Below are positions 23,412 through 35,439 of a stretch of DNA of 64,000 nt, in pieces (positions within the stretch are counted from its first letter, which is position 1; every line of letters begins with the position of its first letter). The position numbers were made by a program, and so were the translations under genes. This stretch comes from Octopus sinensis (lineage: Eukaryota). The stretch lies in NCBI RefSeq assembly GCF_006345805.1, contig NC_043019.1:20211360-20275359 (forward strand), given 5' to 3'. Below the pieces are notes generated by a model, which saw only the letters and a list, made by a program, of their open reading frames with translations, was not told the origin of the DNA and made no database searches.

Positions 23412-23472
23412 ACATTCATGAACCTATTACACACTCTCATAAACACATACACATATATATATATAGATGCAC

Positions 23473-23503
<31 letters not shown>

Positions 23504-23689
23504 AGCATATATTTCAGAAAAAAACAACCTATATCAAAACTTGACTGTTTGTATAATTGAATTAATCACTCTTATCTTACCTAGCAACTACAATGGTAAC
23601 AACTAAAAAAAAATGAGAGCAGAAAGGGAGGGGGAGGAGGGGTGAATGAAGGGTGTGTGAAAATGTAGAAAGAAACAGAAATTGAGAAA

Positions 23690-24290
23690 AGATGGTAATG
23701 ATGATGATGATGGTGAAGACAATGATGATGATGACAATGATAACAACGATGCTGCTGATGATGATGATGATGATGACAATGACAATAAAGGTGGTGGTGG
23801 TGGTGGTGGTGGTGGTGAAGAAGAAAAGAAGAAGAAGCTCCCACCCTCAATTTGCCCCTCCTCTCAACCTGCACTTGAACTGCCGGAAACATCTCAATTA
23901 AGTCGATAAACATTGAGCTCTGGGTGGGGGTGGGGGTGGAATAAGGGTAGCGTATTGCCGTGTCTAACGCACGGTGATAGTGCTACATGTGTGTGTGTGT
24001 GTGTGTGTGTTAGTGTGACAGTGTGTAGCTGTAGTGTATGGTGGTGGTGGTGGTGGTGGTGGTGGTGGTGGTAATAGCATTGGATATAATGGTGGTGGTT
24101 GTAGGGGGAGGTGGTGATAGCGTGACAGCATGTATGATGTAGGTGTGGTGGCATTGATTTTGGTTGTGGTACTGGTTCGGGTGGTGGAGTTGATGATGGT
24201 GATGTCAGCAATGGTGATAGTGGTGGTGATGGTAGTGATGATGATGATAATGATGATGGTGACGACGATGATGATGATGATGATGGTGAC

Positions 24291-24322
<32 letters not shown>

Positions 24323-24435
24323 GGATAATGATGATGGTGACGATGATGATGATGGTGACGATGATGATGATGATGATGATGGTGACGATGATGATGATGG
24401 TGATGATGGTGACGATGATGATGATGATGATGGCG
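23690..24435. repeat. Compound microsatellites (GAT)n, (GGT)n, (GT)n, (ATG/GTG)n
   Basis: Direct reading. The poly-Met/His/Asp ORFs here are artefacts. Confidence 0.95.
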
Positions 24436-24649
24436 GAGGTTATAGTGACAAAGAAATCAATGAAGTTTTCTTTGAAATATAGGGAATGAGATTTGTAAAA
24501 GGATTATGTGAGGATGTGGTGGGTTTGATGCACAATAGTATATAGAGTTGTGGTGGTGGTGGTAGTGTCAACGGTGGTGATGGTGTATAGCATGTACAGC
24601 GTTGATGTTGGTGGTAGTACAAATTGTTTGGTGTTGAAGGTAGCACAGA

Positions 24650-26738
24650 GTGTATGGTGTTGGTGGTAGTACAAAGTGTATGGTGTTGGTGGTAGTACAT
24701 AGTATATGGTGTTGGTGGTAATACATAGTGTATGGTGTTGGTGGTAGTACATAGTGTATGGTGTTGGTGGTAGTACATAGTGTATGGTGTTGGTGGTAAT
24801 ACATAGTGTATGGTGTTGGTGGTAGTACAAAGTGTATGGTGTTGGTGGTAATACATAGTATATGGTGTTGGTGGTAGTACAAAGTGTATGGTGTTGGTGG
24901 TAGTACAAAGTGTATGGTGTTGGTGGTAGTACATAGTATATGGTGTTGGTGGTAATACATAGTGTATGGTGTTGGTGGTAGTACAAAGTGCATGGTGTTG
25001 GTGGTAGTACATAGTATATGGTGTTGGTGGTAATACATAGTGTATGGTGTTGGTGGTAGTACATAGTATATGGTGTTGGTGGTAGTACAAAGTGTCTGGT
25101 GTTGGTGGTAGTACATAGTGTATGGTGTTGGTGGTAGTACAAAGTGTATGGTGTTGGTGGTTATACATAGTGTATGGTGTTGGTGGTAGTACAAAGTGCA
25201 TGGTGTTGGTGGTAGTACATAGTATATGGTGTTGGTGGTAATACATAGTGCATGGTGTTGGTGGTAGTACATAGTATATGGTGTTGGTGGTAATACATAG
25301 TGTATGGTGTTGGTGGTAGTACAAAGTGTATGGTGTTGGTGGTAGTACATAGTATATGGTGTTGGTGGTAATACATAGTGTATGGTGTTGGTGGTAGTAC
25401 AAAGTGTATGGTGTTGGTGGTAGCACATAGTGTATAGTGTTGGTGGTAATACATAGTGTATGGTGTTCGTGGTAGTACAAAATGTATGGTGTTGGTGGTA
25501 GTATATGGTGTTGGTGGTAATACATGGTGTTGGTGGTAGTACAAAGTGTATGGTGTTGGTGGTAGCACATAGTGTATGGTGTTGGTTGTAATACATAGTG
25601 TATGGTGTTGGTGGTAATACATGGTGTTTGTGGTAGTACAAAGTGTCTGGTGTTGGTAGTATATGGTGTTGGTGGTAATACATAGTGTATGGTGTTGGTG
25701 GTAGTACAAAGTGTATGGTGTTGGTGGTAGTACATAGTATATGGTGTTGGTGGTAATACATAGTGTATGGTGTTGGTGGTAGTACAAAGTGTATGGTGTT
25801 GGTGGTAGCACATAGTGTATAGTGTTGGTGGTAATACATAGTGTATGGTGTTCGTGGTAGTACAAAATGTATGGTGTTGGTGGTAGTATATGGTGTTGGT
25901 GGTAATACATAGTGTATGGTGTTGGTGGTAATACATGGTGTTGGTGGTAGTACAAAGTGTATGGTGTTGGTGGTAGCACATAGTGTATGGTGTTGGTGGT
26001 AATACATAGTGTATGGTGTTGGTGGTAATACATGGTGTTTGTGGTAGTACAAAGTGTCTGGTGTTGGTGGTAATACATAGTGTATGGTGTTGGTGGTAGT
26101 ACAAAGTGTATGGTGTTGGTGGTAGTACATAGTATATGGTGTTGGTGGTAATACATAGTGTATGGTGTTGGTGGCAATACAAAGTGCATGGTGTTGGTGG
26201 TAGTACATAGTATATGGTGTTGGTGGTAATACATAGTGTATGGTGTTGGTGGTAGTACAAAGTGCATGGTGTTGGTGGTAGTACATAGTATATGGTGTTG
26301 GTGGTAATACATAGTGTATGGTGTTGGTGGTAGTACAAAGTGCATGGTGTTGGTGGTAGTACATAGTATATGGTGTTGGTGGTAATACATAGTGTATGGT
26401 GTTAGTGGTAGTACAAAGTGCATGGTGTTGGTGGTAGTACATAGTATATGGTGTTGGTGGTAATACATAGTGTATGGTGTTGGTGGTAATACAAAGTGCA
26501 TGGTGTTGGTGGTAGTACATAGTATATGGTGTTGGTGGTAATACATAGTGTATGGTGTTGGTGGTAGTACAAAGTGCATGGTGTTGGTGGTAGTACATAG
26601 TATATGGTGTTGGTGGTAATACATAGTATATGGTGTTGGTGGTAGTACAAAGTGTATGGTGTTGGTGGTAGTACATAGTATATGGTGTTGGTGGTAATAT
26701 ATAGTGCATGGTGTTGGTGGTAGTACAAAGTGCATGGT
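24650..26738. repeat. 26-bp minisatellite (~80 units) with a 78-bp higher-order trimer
   Basis: Unit tggtgttggtggta(g/a)taca(t/a)agt(g/a)(t/c)a. A diverged inverted copy lies at 27947-28178. Confidence 0.95.
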
Positions 26739-28379
26739 GTAAATAGACAACACATGATGTGATTGAGATAGATTATTTATTGGTTTGAACACTATATGAA
26801 AATGGCGGTGCCCCAGCATGGCCACAGCTCGTGAGCTGAAACTTGATGAAATGTATATATTCAAACTTAAAAAAGACAGGCTGGTACCTATTTTATTGAC
26901 CCCAAAAGGATGGAGGGCAAAGTCAACCTCAGCAGAATTTAACCCTTTAGCATTTAAACTGGCCATATCTGGCCAAAAGTATTCTGCCTGTTTTATGGTC
27001 AGACTGGCCAGATCTGGTCTCTTACACCAACCCTACAATATTGTTTTAAAAATTAACATCTACCTCATCAAAATCTCTTAGCTATAAGATAATGCATGAT
27101 TAATTCAAAACAATGTGGATGAGGAAGCATTAATTTTGGCAGAATAATGCGAACACTAGGAGGATCCAGTAAGGTCAAGACATCATCAGGAGGAATCATG
27201 TCCAGTTTCGGCCCCTACTCTTCTACTGTTTTGACGTGTCTTCAGCTCTGGTGTTGGGTGCATGTCTTCTTTCTTCTGTTCCCTGGCCTCTTCGATGTAG
27301 ATGTATCGTCACGAGTGTCAGCTGGTGACTGACTGTCTTGTCAAATTTTTCCCTTTAAATACCTGTCACTAGGCTCCAGCATGCAGTCCCAGCAAGTTGT
27401 CATGAAACACTGTCTCACCTTAACTGACTAGTGAAGACAGCTAAAAGGCTTAGCAGCATTTTGTCCAGCATGCTAACAGTTCTGCCAGCTCACTGACTTG
27501 ATAATTATAATAGCAATCCTTCTTGCAATAGGCACAAGGCCTGAAATTTTGTTGGGTGGGAGCAAGTCAATTACATCAATCCTGGGGCTCAACTGGTCCC
27601 TATTTTATCCATCTCAGAAGGTGGAAAGTGATGTCGACCTTGATGGAATTTTGAACAACCATCACATGCTGTACACTACATACTGCCTATGAACTCAGAA
27701 CGTAACGGCAGACGAAATACCTATTTCTTTATTACCCACAAGGGGCTAAACACAGAGGGGACAAATGGATTGAGTCAATTATATCAACCCAAGTGCGTAA
27801 CTGGTACTTATTTAATCGACCCTGGAAGGATGAAAGGCAAAGTTGACCTCGGCGGAATTTGAACTCAGAATGTAACGGCAGACGAAATACCACTAAGCAT
27901 TTCGCCCGGTGTGCTAATGATTCTACCAGCTCATTGCCTTAAGTAGTACACTATATACTACCACCAACACCATACACTTTGTACTGTCAGCAACACCATA
28001 CACTTTATACTGCTACCAACACCATACACTATGTACTGCTACTAACACTATACGCTTTATACTGCTACCAAAACCATACACTATGTACTACTACTAACAA
28101 TATATATATACTATGTACTACCACCAACACCATATACTATGTACTGCTACCAACACCATATACTATGTACTACCACCAAAGAGCATGATGCAATTGGAAT
28201 TGATTGCTTATTGATTTGAGCAATATTTCAACAGCTTGCCTGTCTTAATTAAGTTTGAATAGTGTTCAAACCAGTGTATAATCTAAATCCCATTATGCTC
28301 TTCGTATTGTCTATTTACTTTCATAAAGAGTTATACAAATCCTTTTAGAATATTAAACACCCACAAAGTTATCAACCAC

Positions 28380-28660
28380 CTCACCAACAACAACACTGAA
28401 CACCTTTTTGATCTCCATGTGTCTAACACACGTGGACATGCCTACAAAGTCAGAAAACAACACAGCTCCCATGACTTTCGGAAACATTTTTTCACGCTCA
28501 GAGTTGCTGAAGCATGGAATAAACTGCCTGCATCAGTTGTTGACTGCCATGACACTGCATCCTTTAAGGCCCTCATGCTTTCCGAAATCCGCCGAAACTA
28601 CACCTGATTATATATACACTTTAGATGAGTTGTAGTGCACCTGAGCACTGTACACAATGT
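28380..28660 (+). mobile_element. CR1 LINE 3' end; related pieces at 16730-16995(-), 42826-43000(-), 52230-52505(+)
   Basis: NTRGHAYKVRKQHSSHDFRKHFFTLRVAEAWNKLP and a shared tail tgtagtgcacctgagcactgta. Confidence 0.85.
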
Positions 28661-29394
28661 TTTTATTATTCATCATCATCATCATCATCATCATTTAACG
28701 TCCGCTTTCCATGCTAGCATGGGTTGCACGGTTCAACTGGGGTCTGGGGAGCCCGAAGGCTGCACCAGACCAGTCAGATCTGGCAGTGTTTCTACAGCTG
28801 GATGCCCTTTCTAATGCCAACCACTCCGAGAGTGTAGTGGGTGATTTTATGTGCCACCGACACAGGTGCCAGACGAGGCTGGCGAACGGCCACGCTCGGA
28901 TGGTGTTTTTATGTGCCACCGACACAGGTGCCAGACGAGGCTGGCGAACGGCCACGCTCGGATGGTGTTTTTATGTGCCACCGACACAGGTGCCAGACAA
29001 GGCTAGCAGACGACCACGCTCGGATGGTGTTTTTTTATGTGCCACCGACACAGGAGCCAGATGAGGCTGGCGATCGGCCACGATCGGATGGTGATTGTTA
29101 CGTGCCCACAGCATGGAGGCCAGTCGGTGCGGTACTGGCTACGGCCACGTTCAGATGGTTTTCTTGTGTGCCACCTGCAATTATTATCTAGCGTGCTTTT
29201 CACAGGTTAAAAAATTACATGTCAGGCTAGATGCCGAAATATCGTTCAACCAATTTCACATGATGTGGCACTCTTCTATTTATTTGTGTATAACTTCTGG
29301 ATGAGCTACCTCGGTCCTATATAGTCTTAACAAAAAAAAAAAAATTTATTATTAATATTATTATTGAAACAAGGCTCAGGTTTGGTCTTATTTC

Positions 29395-29790
29395 TGATAG
29401 AATTTATGTGGGTAGCAGGTCACTACCTGTAACCTTAGGTATCCACATGTTTTCGGCAGTTTCTGAAGTTCTTAGAATACTCCTGATAATCTTTCCAATC
29501 CTTAAGAGACAAACTTTCTGTTGGAGCTCTACTGGGCATTCTATTTCAATCTCCATCAGTCATTTGTCTGTATTTTGGCTTTCTGTTCCCAATGCACCAA
29601 TTATTATAGGCATGACCTTTACTGTTCTCATGCTCCAAATTCTTCCTATTTCAAATTTCAAACTATTGTATTTTTTTCTTTGTTTTTCTTCCACTTTCTT
29701 TACAATCCTGGAATCAAATGGGCGTGACGGGTTGATAAGTAAGCAACTTTGCTTTTCTTTATCTATGATTGTAATATCTCATCTATTGTT
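29395..29790 (-). mobile_element. Dong/R4-clade LINE 3' end (restriction-like endonuclease C-terminus)
   Basis: The minus strand translates as DITIIDKEKQSCLLINPSRPFDSRI...KYNSLKFEIGRIWSMRTVKVMPIIIGALGT. A TAA-rich tract lies just past its 3' end. Confidence 0.75.
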
Positions 29791-29792
29791 TT

Positions 29793-30805
29793 TGTTGTGG
29801 GGATAATAGTAATAATGGTACATCCCTCCCATGTGGTAAGTGGTATGTGCTAGTCACTATAAATAAGGTGACATTAGTCAGCGTAAAAGAGAGTACAAAG
29901 TAGACAGTCTTAGATAGTCAGGGTCTTTACTGGTCTAACGACTATATTGCTATGCCAGAGTGGGTATTATAACAATCCAACATTTAAGGATTGCAACAGT
30001 GGCAAAGAGAAATTAGCAAACTCACAAGGAATTGATAAACTTACAAGGAATTATAAAACGTAGAAAAGCGTTTTGTGCAAATTTTACAGTATAAAAAAAT
30101 CATAAAATTATGGAAAATTTGTTGGCCAGTTTGCTCGAGTTGCAAAAACAGCAACAACAATAAAACAGAAGCAGCTACAATTGCAAGAACAACAACAGAA
30201 GCAACAACAACAACTGAAAGAACAATAACAGTGGCAGCTGCAACTGCAGTGGAGGCGCAATGGCCCAATGGTTAGGGCAGCGGACTCGCGGTCAGAGGAT
30301 CGCGGTTTCGATTCCCAGACCAGGCGTTGTGTGTGTTTATTGAGCGAAAACACCTAAAGCTCCACGAGGCTCCGGCAGGGGGGGGGTGGCGACCCCTGTT
30401 GTACTCTTTCACTCCAACTTTCTCTCACTCTTTCTTCCTATTTCTTGTCCCCGACTTCCTACGCAACCGCTGAGCCTGGATACGCATTCATCCACCCGTC
30501 GATGCTCTCGGTGTCGGGGGTTGACCTGCTTTCTCTTCTGCGGGTCTTACGAATAGCAAAGGACCGTGTTTCGGACTTCTCGCACTATAGAGGTGCGATC
30601 TTGCAAGCTCTGGGATGAAGACCACTTTGCTCAACAAACAAACAAACAAACAAACAAGCTGCAACTGCAAGAACAACAGCAGAAACAACTACAATTACTA
30701 TTACAGCAACAAATGTTACAATTAATGAATAGTAAATTGTCAGGAAATGCTGAAAAAAATGTTCTTGCCAGATTATGTTGTGAACTCAATAACAGAGTTT
30801 TTAAG
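29793..30805 (+). mobile_element. Gypsy-type LTR (29793-29998), PBS and gag remnant, split by a SINE
   Basis: TGTTG...CAACA termini, internal TATAAAT, PBS-like gtggcaaagag at 29999, then MENLLASLLELQKQQQQ / poly-Q and PDYVVNSITEF. Confidence 0.7.
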
Positions 30806-32929
30806 TAAGAACCAGATGAAGGAGTTTATAGAAGATAAGAACAATTCTCCAATAAAGGGTGCAACCCTTTAGCATTTAAACCAACCAGGTGCAGGAGTGG
30901 CTGTGTGGTAAGTAGTTTGCTTACCAGCCACATGGTTCCGGGTTCAGTCCCACTGCGTGGCATCTTGGGCAAGTGTCTTCTGCTATAGCCCCAGGCCGAC
31001 CAATGCCTTGTGAGTGGATTTGGTAGACGGAAACTGAAAGAAGCCTGTCGTATATATGTATATATACATATATATATGTGTGTGTGCATGTTTGTGTGTC
31101 TGTGTTTGTCCCCCTAGCATTGCTTGACAACTGATGCTGGTGTGTTTATGTCCCCGTTACTTAATGGTTCGGCAAAAGAGACCGATAGAATAAGTACTGG
31201 GCTTACAAAGAATAACTCCCGGGGTCGATTTGCTCGACTAAAGGCGGTGCTCCAGCATGGCCACAGCCAAAGGACTGAAACAAGTAAAAGAGTAAAAGAG
31301 AGAGAGAATAAATCAGATTTAAAATGCTTTGTGGTAGGCTGTGTGGTAAGTAGCTTGCTAACCAACCACATGGTTCCGGGTTCAGTCCCACTGCGTGGCA
31401 TCTTGGGCAAGTGTCCTTTTACTATAGCCTCGGGCCAACCAAAGCCTTGTGAGTGGATTTGGTAGACGGAAACTGAAAGAAGCCCGTCATATATATGTGT
31501 GAGTGTGCATGTTTGTGTGTCTGTGTTTGTCCCCCTAGCATTGCTTGACAACCGATGCTGGTGTGTTTATGTCCCCGTCATTTATCAGTTCGGGAAAAGA
31601 GACCGATAGAATAAGTACTGGGCTTACAAAGAATAACTCCCGGGTTCGATTTGCTCGACTAAAGGCGGTGCTCCAGCATGGCCGCAGTCAAAGGACTGAA
31701 ACAAGTAAAAGAGTAAAAGAGAGAGAGAGTAAATCAAAGAATCAGTCCAAGATAGTAGATTAGCAGAGTCCGTAGAACATAGAATACGTTGTGAGACCTA
31801 GGATTTTTAAAGTTATCAGATGCTACAAATGAGACATGTAATTATTACATGCATGTTCTATTTATCGACCAATTATCTTTCAGGAGATCATGCCACAACG
31901 TCAGAACAATAATGAATGTTCTTGGATGTCCCACTTTTTCATCATCCATTGCGCCTCCACTGCAGTTGCAGCTGTCACTGTTATTATTCTTTCAGTTGTT
32001 GTTGTTCTTGCAATTGCAGCTGCTTATGTTTTATTGTTGTTGCTGTTGTTGCAACTTGAGCAAACTGGCCAATTTACACAAAAAGCTTTTCTGCGTTTTA
32101 TAACCATCGTTTAAAGTCCGCTTTCCATGCTAGCATGGGTTGGACGATTTTGACTGAGGGCTGGTGAACCAGATGGCTGCGCCAGGCTTCAATCTTGATC
32201 TGGCAGAGTTTCTACAGCTTGATGCCCTTCCTAACGCCAACCACTCCGAGAGTGTAGTGGGTGCTTTTACGTGCCACCGACACGGGACCAGTCAGGTGGC
32301 ACTGGCAACGAACGACCTCACTCGAATCTTTTACACATGCCACCGGCGCAGGTGCCAGTAAGGCGATGCTGGTAATGATCCCACTCGAATGGTATTTTTT
32401 ACGTGCCACCAGCATGGAGGCCAGATAGCCGCTCTGGCAACGATCACGCTCAGATGGTGCTCTTGGCACCCTACTAGCACGGGGCTCGAGTGCCAGTAGT
32501 GTGACGCTGGTAACAATTACACTCAAACAGTGCCTTTTAAGTGCCACTGGCACGGAAGCTGTTTAGTCGCTCTGTCAATGATCACACACATATGGTGCTC
32601 TTTGTACCCCGCTAGCACAGACACCAGTCATCGAATTGATTTTGGAATAAAACCAAAAAGCCACCAAAACCAAAGACAGAGGCTTAGCAAGATTCAGCAA
32701 ACTCACATCTCCTTGTTTCTTGCTCCAAGAAAACCAATGTCTGAGTAAAAGTAGTTATAAAAACATATTAATTCACTTTTGCCAAAAGCAAACTAGAAAT
32801 GTGAGTAGATTTCAATAAACTTACATCTCAATTTTCATTCAAGACCAATTTGTTCCTGTCTCTAGAGTAAGCCATTAATGACTGAAGAATTTAGACATTA
32901 TGAAAGTCAACCCCTACACACAGCCAGCT

Positions 32930-33780
32930 TCATCATCATCATCATCATCATCATCATCGTTTAACGCCCGTTTTCCATGCTAGCATGGGTTGGACGGTTC
33001 AACTGGGGTCTGGGAAACCAGAAGGCTGCACCAGGCCCAGTCTGATCTGGCAATGTTTCTACGGCTGGATGCCCTTCCTAATGCCAACCACTCCATGAGT
33101 GTAGTGGGTGCTTTTTACGTGCCAGACGAGGCTGGCAAACGGCCATGATTGGATGGTGCTTTTTATGTGCCACCGGCACGGGGCCAGGCAAGGCTAGCAA
33201 CGGCCACAATCGGATGGTGTTTTTTACGTGCCACCGGCACGAGACCAGTCGGGGCGGCGCTGGCAATGGCCACATTCGGGCGGTTCTCTTACGTACCCCT
33301 GGCACTGGTATCACAGCTGCAACTTCCATTTGATGTTGATCGATTTCGATTTTCACTTGCCTCAACAGGTCTTCACAAGTAGAGTTTTGTGTTCCAAGAA
33401 GGAAAGGTATGCATAAGTGGACTGGCTACATCCCATGTAGAGGTCACGGGTTATGGTCTCAATTGTCCTGCCGGGTCTTCTCACGCACAGCTTAATCCAT
33501 AATAATCTTACACCAAAGACCACAGCATCAATGAAGACCAAGTACCTCCACGACACACAGAAACCATTCCAGCTCTTTGCATTCTGTCAGTAGGGTCTGT
33601 AACTTTTGTGACAATACTGGTATCAGAGCTGTACCAATCTTGTCTAGAATGGGAGAAGCATTGGTGATATGGAGTAACTACTGGTCTTAAAACGTTGTCC
33701 AGGGTCATGTCTCGGCAAACAAATTTCTCAGAACAACCTCTCAGAAGAACTTTTAATGATGCCATCTTGTACATCCTTTA
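32930..33780 (-). mobile_element. Family C (ATG)n-tailed retroposon, longest copy. About 17 other copies, e.g. 11000-11265, 11425-11695, 14330-14580, 28670-29180, 32105-32630, 42350-42800, 45085-45380, 50265-50710, 51880-52200, 54420-54770, 58395-58690, 62345-63205, 63590-64000
   Basis: Invariant 3' end ccaacccatgctagcatggaaa(a/g)cggacgttaaa(c/t)gatgatgat, with a variable number of ~60-bp ggtggcacgtaaaaagcaccatccg modules. Confidence 0.88.
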
Positions 33781-34294
33781 TGATCCTTTAGCATTTAAAC
33801 TGGCCTTATTTATGTCAAATATTCAACCAGTATCATGTTCAAATCAGCCACATCTGCCTATCCTCAAATGTCATTCTAAAAATAATTATATCGTTGAAGT
33901 CTCAAGGCTATGAGATAATGCATGATTAATACAAAATAATGTGAATAAATAAGCATTATATTTGACAGGATACAGGATGTGATTTACGGGATATTTAGCG
34001 ATTTTTTCTCACCAATCAAGGATCCTTCAAAACCCTATTTATTAAATGAAACTTTATTTTAAAAATTCAGAGATCATCATATTAGAAATTATTGTTTTGG
34101 TTTTAGGGTTTAACCTATTAGCATTTAAACTGGTTATATCTGGCGCAAATAGTCTACATATTTTATGCTCAAACTGGCCAGATTTGGCCTTTCATATCTC
34201 CCCTACAATGTCATTCCAAAAATAAACAATTACTTCATTAAAATCTTAAAGCTATGCGGTAATGAATGATTAATTCAAAACGATGTGAATAAAT

Positions 34295-34680
34295 GGATGG
34301 AAGCACTCCGTCGGTTACAACGACGAGGGTTCCGGTTGATCCGAATCAACGGAACAGCCTGCTCGTGGAATTAACATGTAAGTGGCTGAGCACTCCACAG
34401 ACACGTGTACCCTTAACGTAGTTCTCGGGGATATTCAGCGTGACACAGAGAGTGACAAGGCCAGCCCTTTGAAATGCAGGTACAACAGAAACAGGAAGTA
34501 AGAGTGAGAGAAAGTTGTGGTGAAAGAGTACAGCAGGGATCGCCACCATCCCCTGCCGGAGCCTCGTGGAGCTTTAGGTGTTTTCGCTCAATAAACACAC
34601 ACAACACCCGGTCTGGGAATCGAAACCGCGATCCTATGACTGCGAGTCCGCTGCCCTAACCACTGGGCCATTGCGCCTCT
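34295..34680 (-). mobile_element. SINE family D (tRNA head ggaggcgcaatggcccagtggttagggcagcggactcgc). Copies 20765-21140(+), 21855-22215(-), 46895-47270(-), 52960-53315(-); alternative-tail copies 9838-10150(-), 30249-30656(+)
   Basis: Shared tRNA-like head. TSDs agttgcatggt (9827/10151) and agctgcaactgca (around 30249-30656). Confidence 0.9.
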
Positions 34681-35045
34681 GTGAATAAATACAGATTGCA
34701 TTTGTCAGAGAAATCTGAATGCTAAAGAGTGAAACCATTTTTGTCATTAGGGGTTTGAGTTTTTAGAAACTTTAACAAGTGCAGGTCCAAATTTAATTGT
34801 GAACTGAAGGAGTTCTCCTGTCGCTCTTCATCATTAACTCATCTTATATCAATAAGGTTTTGGTGGGGACCACAACAAAGCCATAAAGTAAGATGTAAAC
34901 AGATCAGGTGTGACTGAATGGTGAGAAGTTTGCTTCCTAACAACATGATTTTAATTTCAATTCCACTGCATGGCAATTTGTGGAAGTGTCTTATACTACA
35001 GCTCCAGGCTTTACTTGACAGAAGCTGAAGGAAGCTCTTTGTATA

Positions 35046-35439
35046 TCTTTATATATAAAAGAGAGGTTGTGTGCTGTCTGTTTCCTACGATTTAGATTCC
35101 TAACTACTCCCACATTTTGTGGTGCAGTTTAACCAAAACCGGGTATCTTATAGTCGTGATTCATATCGAGCCCTTCTGGGTATTAGCGCGCGTCTACGAT
35201 GAGTCTACGATTTAAAAAAAAATTTACCATCAATTTTTCCCATTTTAATGCATTTTTGGCATATATAAGGGAAGTAACTCTCTAAAAATTTATTAAATCT
35301 CAGAACGTAAAAAGCTACAGTAACCCCCCCCACCCTTGTGGTTAGCCATATTGAGATGGCTATTATACTTTACATCTCTCAAAATGCTTATATAGTTATT
35401 TCCCTTACAAACCCGAGCAACGCTGGGCGATATTGCTAG
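35046..35439 (+). mobile_element. Non-autonomous Helitron, same family
   Basis: A|TC...cccgagcaacgctggg...CTAG|T. High similarity to 16093-16468. Confidence 0.85.

Noticed and set aside
24440-26966. 600-700 aa ORFs on the minus strand as real genes
   Set aside because: They are open in all three frames purely because the 26-bp repeat lacks stops on that strand. No splice or domain evidence.
27161-27260. Functional hammerhead ribozyme
   Set aside because: The CTGAAGA/CTGATGA and GAAAC words are present, but stems I and II cannot be formed in the required order.
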